Source: Candidatus Latescibacterota bacterium
Lineage (GTDB): Bacteria; Latescibacterota; UBA2968
NCBI GenBank assembly: GCA_965198115.1
Contig: OZ240241.1
Location: forward strand, 7,456,001 to 7,520,000
Reading direction: 5' to 3'
DNA length: 64,000 nucleotides
The number at the start of each line of letters is the position of its first letter. Position 1 is the stretch's first letter. Below are positions 44,023-54,459 of this stretch, one piece after another. Under the pieces are notes generated by a model. It saw only the letters and a program-made list of their open reading frames with translations, did not search any database and had not been told where the DNA came from. A program made the translations under genes and the position numbers.

Positions 44023-46782
44023 CTAACGGCCCCATCCGTACCCGAGCCGCACGTAATAGTAGGCGCCGTTGAAGCCCCACGGCGTGTACTCGCTGTATTT
44101 CTCGCCGACCGACATCGCGCGCGCGCTCTCGTCCGGGTAGGCGTTGAACACGTTCTGGCCACCGATGGTCAAGTTCGCTCCGGCGCCGAGCGCGATGCTC
44201 GCCTCCAGGTCGACAAACGGTCGGCCGTCGAAGAAGCCCTGATCAATTCCGCCGGACGGCAGGAACGACTCGGCAAAGCCGCTGTCGTAGTCGTACCAGC
44301 CGCCGAAGTAGTTCAGCCGGCCGACAACGCTCACCCGTGCGATCTGCTGGGTCACACCGATGTTCCAGCGGGTCCGCGGCAGCGCGTAGGCGTACTCGGT
44401 CAGACGCCGGTCGTTCAGCAGCCCCATCTCGTTGTCGGTCACATCGGTGTCGGTGTAGTTGAAGACGGCGCTGATGGTCGTGTTGCCGCGTAGCGCGAGC
44501 GGCGTGAAGGTCGACACCAGATCGATCCCCTGCGACGCGGTGGAGAACGCATTCGTGAAGAACCGGAACCGCCGCAGGTCGCGGGCGGCCGTCACTCCCG
44601 ACGCCAGCAGACCATTGATCTCGTCTGCCGTAAGCGTGAAGTTGCTCGTGATTCCGATGCGGTCGGACACGTTGATCCGGAAATAGTCGGCCGTGAAGCT
44701 GAACTGGTCGGTGCCGAAGACGACGCCGACGGCGTAGTTGATCGATTTCTCCGGGGCAAGCGGGACGCCGCCGCGCAGCGCCGCCAGCGGCGAGGTCGAC
44801 GGGATGGTGCCGTTGTTGACCAGATCGCCGAGCGCGGGGTCGAAGATGGTCGAGATGTTGAATCCGTTCTGCTGGCCCGGCGTCGGGGCGCGGAACCCGC
44901 TGCTCGCGCTGGCGCGCAAAAAGAGGAAGCGGGCGGCGAGCTTGCCATTCACCGTCGTGCCGAAATCCTCGAAGCGCTCGATGCGAACGGCTGACCCGAG
45001 CGTCCATTCTCCCTCGGTGCCGGCCAGCTCGAGATCGCCGTAGGCCGCGACGTTGCCGCGGCTCCAGGTCCCCGCAGCCATCGGCCCGTAGCCGAAGAAC
45101 CCGTTGGACCCGGCCGAGAAGCCCTGTCCCCGGCCGTAGGGGCCGACCGTCCACGACTCCGGATCGCCGGCCTGGGTCTCGTACTGCTCGTTCCGCCATT
45201 CCGCGCCGGCTGCGATGTTGATCATCTCGGTGGCGGCAAAGGAGAAGTCGGCGTTGAGGCCGACAGCCCGCTGCCGGTTGCTGCCGAGATTGAACGCGGT
45301 CGGCGTATCGGGGCCGAGCGAGGCGTTGACCGTATTCCTGATGAAGAGGTCGGTCTCGTGGGCGCCGAAAGAGGCGCTCACGTCCCAGTTGAAGCCGCCG
45401 GCGGTGAAGCCGCGGACCCCGCCCACCACCGACATGTCCTGCGCTTTGCCCCCGAAGCTCGGCGTGAAGCCGCCCGGGAACAGCTCCCGGAACGAGAAGC
45501 AGTTCGGGTCGTCGAACACCTGCTGCAGGGCAACCGGGTCGGCCACGTTGTTGGTAATGGCCACCGTCGGGCAGTTCGCCGAGCCCGTCCCGTTCGCCGC
45601 CAGCACGTCGCCGATCAGCAGCGTCTTACCCCTGTCGGCGCTGAACACACTGCCGCGGGTGTTCGGGTTACGGAAGAAGAAGCCGCCGGTCACCTTCTTG
45701 CTGGCATAGTTGGTGTGGGCGTAGACCTGCACGCTGGCGTCGGAGGTATAGCCGAAATTCCCGAAGAGCTTGAGGTCGTCCTCAATCTCCGGCGAGCCCC
45801 AGACCTGCGGCGTGTCGGACCACACGTCAGCGTTGCCGGCGGCGATGAGGGCGATCGCGTCGTTGCGCGGCGCACTCCGGTTGGTGGGGTTCGCGCCGCC
45901 GTACTCCAGGCTGAGGTTGGCGAAGCCGCTGGCGCCGAGCGGCAGACCGACGTTGGCGGCCACATTCATCGCCTCGCCGTCGCCGTCGCGGTACCTACCG
46001 GTCCCGTACTCGAAAGCGCCGCCGGAGGCCGCATCCTTGAGCTGGAAGTTCAGCACGCCGGCGATCGCGTCCGAGCCGTACTGCGCGGCCGCCCCGTCCC
46101 GCAGCACTTCGACCTGCCGCAGCGCGATGGCCGGGATGGCCGAGATGTCGGGTCCCTGCGAGCCGAAAGCCACCCCGTTGCCGCCGTGCCAGTCGATGAT
46201 CGACGAGCGGTGGCGGCGCTTGCCGTTGATCAGAACCAGCGTGTGGTCGGGAGCCAGGTTGCGCAGCATCGCCGGCCGGACGACCGTCGAAGCATCGCTG
46301 ATCGGCTGGGCGTTGACGTTGAAGGACGGGACAACCGTCCGGAGTTGATCCTGCAGGTTGACGGTCCCCTGCCTGGCGATGTCCGAAACCGGGATCACGT
46401 CCACCGGGACCATCGACTCGGTCACGGTGCGGGGGCGGGTGCGGCTTCCCACCACAATCAACTCGTCGAGCGCGAAGACCTCCACCTCGAGCTGGATGTC
46501 CAGATTGAGGGTCTGGCCCGCTGCAACCGTCACCTCCTGGGTGTGAAGACCGAAGCCGAGGAGGCGGATCTCCAGCGTGTGTGTGCCCGCGGCCACGCCG
46601 GAAATCGAGAAGGCGCCGGTTGCCGCCGTGTAGTCCACCAGTCCCAGCGCGGGAATATCGACCCAGGCGTTGACGAGTCCCTGTCCGCTTTCGACATCGC
46701 GAACGTTTCCTTCAATCGTGCCTTGGCCGAAGGCGGCAGTAGGAACGACCAACAGTAAGATGGTCATGAGCGCTCTTCTCAT
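44023..46782 (-). CDS. TonB-dependent receptor
   Basis: Signal peptide, N-terminal extension, plug LRNLAPDHTLVLINGKRRH...EVLRDGAAAQYGSDAIAGV, terminal GFNGAYYYVRLGYGW. Confidence 0.92.
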   Translation of the reverse strand: MRRALMTILLLVVPTAAFGQGTIEGNVRDVESGQGLVNAWVDIPALGLVDYTAATGAFSISGVAAGTHTLEIRLLGFGLHTQEVTVAAGQTLNLDIQLEVEVFALDELIVVGSRTRPRTVTESMVPVDVIPVSDIARQGTVNLQDQLRTVVPSFNVNAQPISDASTVVRPAMLRNLAPDHTLVLINGKRRHRSSIIDWHGGNGVAFGSQGPDISAIPAIALRQVEVLRDGAAAQYGSDAIAGVLNFQLKDAASGGAFEYGTGRYRDGDGEAMNVAANVGLPLGASGFANLSLEYGGANPTNRSAPRNDAIALIAAGNADVWSDTPQVWGSPEIEDDLKLFGNFGYTSDASVQVYAHTNYASKKVTGGFFFRNPNTRGSVFSADRGKTLLIGDVLAANGTGSANCPTVAITNNVADPVALQQVFDDPNCFSFRELFPGGFTPSFGGKAQDMSVVGGVRGFTAGGFNWDVSASFGAHETDLFIRNTVNASLGPDTPTAFNLGSNRQRAVGLNADFSFAATEMINIAAGAEWRNEQYETQAGDPESWTVGPYGRGQGFSAGSNGFFGYGPMAAGTWSRGNVAAYGDLELAGTEGEWTLGSAVRIERFEDFGTTVNGKLAARFLFLRASASSGFRAPTPGQQNGFNISTIFDPALGDLVNNGTIPSTSPLAALRGGVPLAPEKSINYAVGVVFGTDQFSFTADYFRINVSDRIGITSNFTLTADEINGLLASGVTAARDLRRFRFFTNAFSTASQGIDLVSTFTPLALRGNTTISAVFNYTDTDVTDNEMGLLNDRRLTEYAYALPRTRWNIGVTQQIARVSVVGRLNYFGGWYDYDSGFAESFLPSGGIDQGFFDGRPFVDLEASIALGAGANLTIGGQNVFNAYPDESARAMSVGEKYSEYTPWGFNGAYYYVRLGYGWGR

Positions 46783-47325
46783 CGCATGATCCCCTGGAAG
46801 CTTTGGACGTGGCAAGCAGTTCGATCAGCTTGCCCTCTGAAGTTTATCGTAGAACCGGAATTCCCAGATCTGAAAGGAAAACGGGGGTTCGAGGATAGTT
46901 TCTCGTCGACTGAGCGGGCTACGCGCGACGGAATCCGTTCCCGTTGCCCCCGTTGCCATCGATCCTCCTGATCTTACCGGTCAGCGTCTGGAGACCCTCG
47001 AAACCGTGAACCTAACGCTGGGCACTCGGTTTGAAGTACACTCCGAGCCTCCCATGACAGCCCTGCGGGACGCTGGCCAGGACGTGGAAAGACGACGATT
47101 TTTAGGCTTGGGTCGAGTGGCCTCACGTACTCGGTCGACGAGCTCAAGAGGCGTCTCCGTCCCATCGAACCTCGAAAATATACACAGCGCCGACCCGACG
47201 CACGGAAAGCACCCGACGCTTGCGATCGGGGGACGTTGAAGTCCAGCGGTGAAGCAGAATCCCGCGACGATCCCGGGCTATTCGCGTTGTCTCCGAAGAC
47301 AGCTGCACGTGACAGATTCTAAGCT

Positions 47326-47533
47326 ATGAGCAAGAAATCATTTCAGAGCGTTCCGAAACCAAAAATGCTTACCGATGACGCCCTGGAGTCCTTTGAAAAA
47401 GCGGGTCCAGGCCATGGCCTGGCCCTTGAAGAACCTCCCCGCAAGATTGTCAAGCAGGAGAAAACCACTGAGCCGACAAAACGGCTCAGCGTAGATGTTC
47501 CGGTCTCCGTCCATCGGCGTTTCGAGACAGCGT
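47326..47533 (+). pseudogene. Second, truncated copy of the parG-like gene, fused in frame to IS256 sequence
   Basis: Near-identical to 19601-19808 with a few substitutions. Confidence 0.9.
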
Positions 47534-48144
47534 TGCTTCCCGACCTTTATCTCCACGGTCTCTCCCAGGGCGACTTCGAGTTGTCTTTGCGTGATATGGG
47601 CATCTGGGCGGCCGTTGATCAGGTCTGGCCAGAGAGCCGGCAACAACGGTGCTGGAACCACAAGATCCTCAACGTGCTCGACAAGGTCGCCAAGCGTGCA
47701 CAGGCTGAAGCCCGCGCACTGCTCGTCCAGATCCCCTATGCCGGCACGAAAAAGGAGGCCGAGAAGCTCCGGAAACGCTTTGCCGCACGGTATCGCTCAC
47801 AGTTCCCTGCCGCCGTGGAGACGCTCGAAAGAGACTGGGATCGGATGGTCACGTTCTACGACTTCCCGAAGGAACACTGGAAACACCTGAGAACCACGAA
47901 CGTCGTCGAGAGCCCCTTTGCTTCCGTTCGGCTTCGCACAAACGCCGCCAGGCGATTCAAGAAAGTCAGGAACGCCACGACTCTCATCTGGCGTACGCTC
48001 AAGGTCGCAGAGAGCCGATTCAGGAAACTCACCGCGCCACACTTGCTACAACAAGTCTACGATCAGAAACACTCAACCGGACCGCAGGTCGAAGCCGGGA
48101 AGATGGCCGCCTGATTTCTTTTACACACCTATTGACCTGAACTC
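47534..48144 (+). mobile_element. IS256 type B remnant (5'-truncated with an internal deletion)
   Basis: LPDLYLHGLSQGDFELSLR joined to MGIWAAV...GKMAA; right IR ends at 48144. Confidence 0.9.
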
Positions 48145-48285
48145 TACTTCCGAACCCAAACAACGTCATACTTGCACTCCCATACCGTGTGACGTAGACT
48201 CCTTACGTTGTTCATTAGAGAGCCTTCCTTCCGTGTGCTTTGAGCGGTCCACGGCAAGGGAGGCTCTTACATATTTCTGGAACTG

Positions 48286-48326
48286 TCAAACTCTGGGAGT
48301 CTCCCCGGCAGAGCCGGGGGCTTACC
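48286..48326. other. Hairpin resembling an IS200/IS605 end; may also terminate the BCCT transcript
   Basis: GAGTCTCCCCGGC-AGA-GCCGGGGGCTTACC. Confidence 0.4.
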
Positions 48327-48335
48327 AAGGTTTAG

Positions 48336-49889
48336 TTAACGCGCCCTGCCCGCCGTGCTTGCGCGCAGGACCTTCCAGGTGCTGTAGCACATGGCGATCA
48401 GCACTAGCGCGAAAGGGAGGGCGGTGGCGAGGATGGCCGCCTGCGCAGCCACGAGGCCGCCTCCGAGCAGCAGCGCGATAGCGACGACCCCCTCGAAGGC
48501 GCACCAGAACACGCGCTGGGCGACCGGCGCCTCCAGCTTGCCGCCGGCGGTGATGGTGTCGATGACCAGCGATCCGGAGTCGGAGGAAGTGACGAAGAAC
48601 ACCACCACCAGCACGATGCCGATGAACGACGTGACGCTCGCAAGCGGCAGCGTTTCCAAAAGCGCGAACAGCGCGATCTCCGGCTGCTGCGCCTGCACCG
48701 CGGCGATCACGTCGGGATAACCGCTGTCGACATACTGCGACACCGCGGTCCCGCCGAAGGCGTTCATCCAGAACGCGATAAACAGCGTCGGGATAACCAG
48801 CATGGAGGCGATCAGTTCGCGTACCGTCCGGCCGCGCGAGACTCGAGCGACGAACAGGCCGACGAAGGGGGACCACGAGATCCACCAGGCCCAGAAGAAG
48901 GTCGTCCAGCCGTGCATGAAGTCGAAGTCCTCGCGGGCCACCCAGTTGCTGAGCGGTCCGATCTCCGCGAGATACTGGCCGAGGCTGGTCACGGTGCCGA
49001 TGACGACATGGAGCGTCGGCCCAACCGCCAGCACGAACGCCAGCAGCAGCAGGGCGAGCAGCAGGTTGGCTTCGCTCAGCCGCTTGATCCCCTTGTCCAT
49101 CCCGCTGACAACCGACGCCAGCGCCATGCCGGTGATGCCGACGATCAGCAGCACTTGGGTGGTGTCGGTCGCCGGCACGCCCCACAGGAGGGCCAGCCCC
49201 GCCGTTACCTGTTTGGCACCCAGACCGAGCGACGTAGCCAGCCCGAAGAGCGTGGCGAAGACGGCGAGAGTGTCGATGCCGTGGCCGAACCGGCCCCACA
49301 CCGCCTCCCCCATGAGCGGATAGAACGCCGACCGCAGCGTCATCGGCAGGCCGAGGTTGTACGACGCGAAGGCGATCGACAGCGCCACCAACGCGTAAAT
49401 GGCCCACCCATGGATTCCCCAGTGGTAGATGGTGCTGGCCATGGCGAGGCGCGCCGCCGCCGGGTCGTCCGCATCAAGACCGAGCGGCGGTTGCAGGAAA
49501 TGCTCCACCGGCTCCGACACCCCGAAGAACATCAGACCGATACCCATCCCGGCGGCGAACAGCATGGCGAACCAGGTCGGTCTGGAGTAGTCCGGCCGGG
49601 CACCCGCGCCGCCCAGGCGCACGCTGCCAAGCGGCGACGCCACCAGCAGCAGGCAGAAGAGCAGGATGAAGTTGCCCGTGCCCATGAGCACCCAGTCGAA
49701 GGTTGACATGAGCCACGCGCGCAACGCCACGAAGGCGGCCGCCGCCTCGGCCTGGAACGCCAGCACTCCGGCGGCGAACGCGATGATGCTGAGGCTGGAG
49801 ACGATGAAGACCGGATTGTGCATGTCTAGGCCGAGGAGCCGGACGTTATCCTGACCCAGCTTGTAGTCGGTCTTCGACATCGTAGCCAT
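48336..49889 (-). CDS. BCCT-family (betaine/carnitine/choline) transporter
   Basis: WFAMLFAAGMGIGLMFFGVSEP, WTTFFWAWWISWSPFVGLFVARVSRGRT, FFVTSSDSGSLV. Confidence 0.95.
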   Translation of the reverse strand: MATMSKTDYKLGQDNVRLLGLDMHNPVFIVSSLSIIAFAAGVLAFQAEAAAAFVALRAWLMSTFDWVLMGTGNFILLFCLLLVASPLGSVRLGGAGARPDYSRPTWFAMLFAAGMGIGLMFFGVSEPVEHFLQPPLGLDADDPAAARLAMASTIYHWGIHGWAIYALVALSIAFASYNLGLPMTLRSAFYPLMGEAVWGRFGHGIDTLAVFATLFGLATSLGLGAKQVTAGLALLWGVPATDTTQVLLIVGITGMALASVVSGMDKGIKRLSEANLLLALLLLAFVLAVGPTLHVVIGTVTSLGQYLAEIGPLSNWVAREDFDFMHGWTTFFWAWWISWSPFVGLFVARVSRGRTVRELIASMLVIPTLFIAFWMNAFGGTAVSQYVDSGYPDVIAAVQAQQPEIALFALLETLPLASVTSFIGIVLVVVFFVTSSDSGSLVIDTITAGGKLEAPVAQRVFWCAFEGVVAIALLLGGGLVAAQAAILATALPFALVLIAMCYSTWKVLRASTAGRAR

Positions 49890-50239
49890 ATAGTTTCGTC
49901 AGCGTTGCTTCAGAACAGACCAGCGACAAGCCTGACTTAGTGTTGCAATGTGGGCACTTAGTGGTGAAGTGTTTGTCGGAGAGAACCTGCAGATCGTTGG
50001 CGCTGTTTAATACTAAGAGTCATCGGATTTTCGCTCTCCCGTTGTAGCCTTTAAGTGTAGGACAAACCGCACATACACGTAGCCTCTCACGGTAACCGGG
50101 CAAGTTTCATGCCCTACTCGCCCACTGGGGGTACGCGCGCCAATCGGGCTCACTTGGGAGCCATAGCGGGATGGCATCTGTGGACTAGGTCGCGCTGACC
50201 AATTCCGTGGCCCCGGAAATTGTGGGGGATATCCCCAAC

Positions 50240-50545
50240 CTATTCTTTTTCAAAGCCCTGGCTCGTGAACTTCAGTGTCCGGCTGTTCTCCGTGACCGTG
50301 CGAACGACGTGATCAGGGGCTCCGGACGGAACCTCGGCTTCTATCTCGAGGGTCACCGTGACCTTAGCTCCTACCAAGCCGGAAAGATGCGCGATCACCT
50401 CGTCCGCGATCCGGCTCGTGTCGCGGCCTACCCTCGCGGAATCAAGCGTAGCAGTCCCATGAAACCGCGTAGGTTGCGGCGGAGGTGAGCCCGGCGGAAC
50501 CTCCCCGGGACCCGATCCTCCTTCGTCCTGCCGATGCCAAGACCC
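50240..50545 (-). pseudogene. C-terminal fragment of a DUF499-type ATPase
   Basis: Manual translation [74 protein letters not shown]. Confidence 0.65.
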
Positions 50546-50840
50546 GCTGCGATCTCATCCGCCAAATCATCGCGCATCGGACTCCTTGGGCGGCTGCCGA
50601 CGAACTCGATTTGCTTGAATTCCCAGTGGCTGTCCTCACCAAGGCTGAGTTGGCGTCTGATTTCTCCTTCGCTGTAGGTCATCGGTCGCCTCCAAACCCA
50701 AGTGCCTCCAAATTGACCTTGGTGGCGGTCTAGCCTCCTGCCTTGGGCCTGCTGCTCCCTCAACTGAGAGACGAGCCGTTTCATCTTGTCCTCAAACGGC
50801 TCCCCGTCGTCCTCCCGGGCTTCCGCACCGACGTAGCTAG
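50545..50840 (-). pseudogene. 3' end of a second hsdM joined to the 5' end of an AlbA_2/Schlafen-domain gene
   Basis: [25 protein letters not shown], then [23 protein letters not shown]...DLADEIAA (ATG 50682). Confidence 0.7.
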
Positions 50841-50982
50841 CGACCGGGGGTGAGCACATGGCCGTGCTTGCTCACTTTGTGGTTTTCTCATATTTAGCCA
50901 TACCCACCGCCATCGCTCTGCCAGCGCCCACGCCGGGCAACGGCTGAAAACCATCACGGGAAGGGGGCGTCCTTGTGGTCCG

Positions 50983-53604
50983 TCAGAAGGAGACGGTCAC
51001 GGTCATGGATATCGTCCGGGGCGCGCCCAGCCAGGCAGCGTTCTCGGTGATCGCGGACAGATAGGGGCTGTCGAGTACGTTGTTCGCCACGATCGAGAAC
51101 TCCGTCGCCCGGAACAGATCGCTCAACGCTTCGCCGCTGAAGCTGACGTAGGCGTCTACCACCCAGTAGGCGTCGGTGTACCAGTCCGCCGTCAGACTGA
51201 CGCGGCGCGATGCCGTGTATTTCGCAGACAGCCCGCCACCCAGGGGTCCGGTGCGGTCGAGGGACACGACCCACAGCCGAGGCGGCACGCCCGTAACGTC
51301 GGTACCCGGGACAATGCCCTGGCTGGCGTCAACGAGCGGATCGTCGGTCCCGACGTATTTAGAGTCGTTGAGCGTGAGAGCGGTGTAGAGCGATGTCCGA
51401 CCCGGCATCGCTACCGTGGCGGCCAACTCGACACCACTCGTTTCGATGCCGCCCGCATTGAAGTAGGCCCCTCCTCCGGGGATGAGGTAGTTGGGTCCTG
51501 CGGGCGTCTGCGGGCCAAGGTAGAAGATCCGGTTGTCAAAATCGATGGAATATAGGGTGGCGCTCAAGGTGAGCCGCTCGCCGGAGTATTGAACCCCGAC
51601 ATCGATGTTCGACGCGGTCTCGGGCTCGAGAAGGTCCAAACTGGCTCCCGGGACCTCGAGCAACGTGCTGCTGATCGCCCTGAAGTTCTCGGCGTAGCCC
51701 GCGAACAGGTCGAGGCCCTCGACCGGCGTCTCGTAGGTGACGCCGCCGGAGAAGAGCAGCTCCGAATCGGAATCGACACCAAGGTCCCGATCAATGCCGA
51801 ACTGGTCCTCGCGCGACACGGAGACAAGGTACTGCTTGACGCCGCCGACCAATTCGAACGGGCCGAAGTACAGCGTCTTCTCCACATACCACTTGAACAC
51901 GTCCTGCGGAAAGTCCCACTCGTACTGGTGCCAATAGGCCTGCTCGTCCCACTTGAAGTTGAGCGCAGGGTCCAGCATCCGGTGCCAGTCCCGGCCGAGG
52001 TCGCGCCGCGAGTCCTCGTACCAGATGCCCGCGCGCAGTGCGCTGCCCCCTCCCCCGCCGAACGGAACGAACCACTCTGCGTCGATGTTCGCGCCGAGGC
52101 GATTCTTGCCGTAGTGGCTGTGGCGGTACGACTGTACCGCGGTCGCCCCCGGGTGGCATGCCGGGTCGACCTCCGGGCCGCCCGACCCATAGTAGTTGAA
52201 GATGTAGGACGACGTGCATCCCGGCACGGGTCCAACGGCGACGCCGTTGCTGTCCACGAAGCCGATTACTCCGAGCTGGCCGCCGCCCCGCACCGGCGCA
52301 CGGCCCGCCAGCTCCGACTCCGGTCCATCCCCGTCGTCCGCCACGTCCACGATGTAGGGAGGCAACCAGTCGCCGCGCCCCGAGTTGCGATGGTGGTATG
52401 CGCCCGCGCTCAGGGAGACCGACTCGCTGACGGACCAGTCGGCCTTGAGGTAGGCGAACGTGTTCTTGCGCCGCGTCTGCCAGCCGGGCCGGTAGAACTG
52501 GTTCAGGTAGGGCACGCCGGGCCAGTGGCCGACCAGCCGGTCCCAGCGCGGATCGGCCCTGAAGTCGGCCTCGCCGTAGAGCCTTTGGTAGACATCCTCG
52601 TGGATGTCGTCGTGCGAGATGTAGCCGGTGAGATCGAGAGGTCCGTGCGAAGACACGATCTTGGCGGCGAGGTGCTCCCGCTCGTTCCTTGCGGAGCCCT
52701 CCATCCAGTCGGTCGCCTCCTGCCGGACCGCGGCGACCCAGGCCCGCGTCGTGCCGCCGAACAACGATCCGGTCTCGACACGCGCGGCGAACCGCTGGCC
52801 CTCGTTCTCGCCGATCGTGACGGACGCCGTGTGGCTCTGCTCGACCGCCGGGTCGGCCGTCAAGAAATTGAGCGTGCCGCCCAGCGCCTCGACCGACCGG
52901 GAGGCGATGTCGGCGGTCCCCTGCGACACCTCGACCCCACCGAGGTTCATCGGGTCGACGAACCGGTTCGCCTTCGCGCCGCTCCAGTAGTCCGACGTGC
53001 CATTGGGGAATCCGTCGATGGTGGTACCGATCTGTGCATCGTTGATGGTCGACTGGAACCCGCGCATGACGACGTTGCTCGACCAGTCGTCAAAGGCGTA
53101 CGCGTCCCCCTCTTGGACGGACACGCCGGGAAGGTTGTCGATCACCGACGTCACAGCGGTGATGTTCGACTGCTGCCTGATCATCGGCTCCGCGACGAAA
53201 TTGCGCGCGAAGACCGTGGACTCCTCCGCCACCACGCTGATTGGATCGAGCAGGGAAGCGGGCTCCAGAACGATCGGGATCGTTTCGACTGCACCCGCGC
53301 GGACGGTGACCCAAAACTCCCAGGGCGCATAGCCGAACAGGGTGGCGGTCACGAGGTGGTCGCCGGCCGCGAGACCGGTGAATTCGTATGTGCCGTCGGC
53401 TTCCGTGACGACTTCCGCGTCCACGCCGGAACCGGTCGCCGTCACCAGGACACCGGGCAAGGCGTTGCCGAACACGTCCACGACCGTGCCCCTGATGGTT
53501 CCCGTCGACTGGGCGGTCGCCGGCGGTGCGGCTAGCAGTAACAGCAGCGCGGCGCGGCCACAGACAGCAGCGATGAGGCAAAGGCCCCTTGACGAAATAG
53601 GCAT
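50983..53604 (-). CDS. TonB-dependent receptor
   Basis: Signal peptide, carboxypeptidase-regulatory-like domain, plug NLPGVSV...MRGF...IDGFP, PETASNIDVG, terminal GAPRTISMTVTVSF. Confidence 0.92.
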   Translation of the reverse strand: MPISSRGLCLIAAVCGRAALLLLLAAPPATAQSTGTIRGTVVDVFGNALPGVLVTATGSGVDAEVVTEADGTYEFTGLAAGDHLVTATLFGYAPWEFWVTVRAGAVETIPIVLEPASLLDPISVVAEESTVFARNFVAEPMIRQQSNITAVTSVIDNLPGVSVQEGDAYAFDDWSSNVVMRGFQSTINDAQIGTTIDGFPNGTSDYWSGAKANRFVDPMNLGGVEVSQGTADIASRSVEALGGTLNFLTADPAVEQSHTASVTIGENEGQRFAARVETGSLFGGTTRAWVAAVRQEATDWMEGSARNEREHLAAKIVSSHGPLDLTGYISHDDIHEDVYQRLYGEADFRADPRWDRLVGHWPGVPYLNQFYRPGWQTRRKNTFAYLKADWSVSESVSLSAGAYHHRNSGRGDWLPPYIVDVADDGDGPESELAGRAPVRGGGQLGVIGFVDSNGVAVGPVPGCTSSYIFNYYGSGGPEVDPACHPGATAVQSYRHSHYGKNRLGANIDAEWFVPFGGGGGSALRAGIWYEDSRRDLGRDWHRMLDPALNFKWDEQAYWHQYEWDFPQDVFKWYVEKTLYFGPFELVGGVKQYLVSVSREDQFGIDRDLGVDSDSELLFSGGVTYETPVEGLDLFAGYAENFRAISSTLLEVPGASLDLLEPETASNIDVGVQYSGERLTLSATLYSIDFDNRIFYLGPQTPAGPNYLIPGGGAYFNAGGIETSGVELAATVAMPGRTSLYTALTLNDSKYVGTDDPLVDASQGIVPGTDVTGVPPRLWVVSLDRTGPLGGGLSAKYTASRRVSLTADWYTDAYWVVDAYVSFSGEALSDLFRATEFSIVANNVLDSPYLSAITENAAWLGAPRTISMTVTVSF

Positions 53605-54025
53605 GGAGACGACTCTCCCCTCGGTTGTAGGATCCCTGGAATACCGCCGCCGATTGGCTCATTCATTCGCTGATGCTCATCGTGGGCACGGCTAGGGCAG
53701 GTGCATTTAGATATGCAGGGAAGGCCTTCCCTCGATAGACCTCTCTCATCTTCTGGCGTATCGTGTCATGTGCCAACCCTCCCACATTCGGGTTAAACAG
53801 AGGTGGCTTCCCACCTAGTCCCGGTACCACATCGACCCGCTTCTCTGCCGGTACGGTTTCGATCGATTGCCGCAGATCACCTGGGCCGGGCTTAGGACCC
53901 CACCGGCCTCGGGGAGAGCATGTAGTTAAAAGATTCATATGTAGTAAAAAATGGGAATTACATATCAAAGTTACCAACCGCGACCGGGGAAAGGGAATCC
54001 AGCGGTTTAAGGGTCAAACATTGAC

Positions 54026-54055
54026 TTGACTTTGTATACCTTGATGGTATACAAT
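54026..54055 (+). promoter_or_regulatory. Sigma70 promoter overlapped by an operator palindrome
   Basis: TTGACT-18 bp-TACAAT; perfect inverted repeat TTGTATACC-N5-GGTATACAA at 54032-54054. Confidence 0.55.
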
Positions 54056-54459
54056 TTCTCCCGGCAAGCCAATTGTTGCTATTTATAAGCAGTCAAGGGC
54101 GAACTCTTAGCGGAGGAAGGGACCACAAATGGACTGGAGAAATCCGTCGGTTGTTTACGCCATTGTCTGCCTTTGCTGCCATAAAATTAGAGGGGGGATC
54201 ACATGGTAGATCGCATACTGGCCTACCGTCCTCATGTGCGTCAGGCCGCAGCACGAAATGTCGGCCCGTTTGTTGATGTAATCGACGCCGTACTCGAACT
54301 CGGTGCGTACGAAAAGCTGTGGTCCGCACATAACGCGACTTTTAAGTCTATTGCTGAAATATTTGCGAAGCATCCTAATTCTCGTTCGTCCGATTTCGTA
54401 GAAGAAAAATGAAGCACGCAAAATCGGCCAACGTGTTGTAGCTAAGTTGCGCCAGCGAG

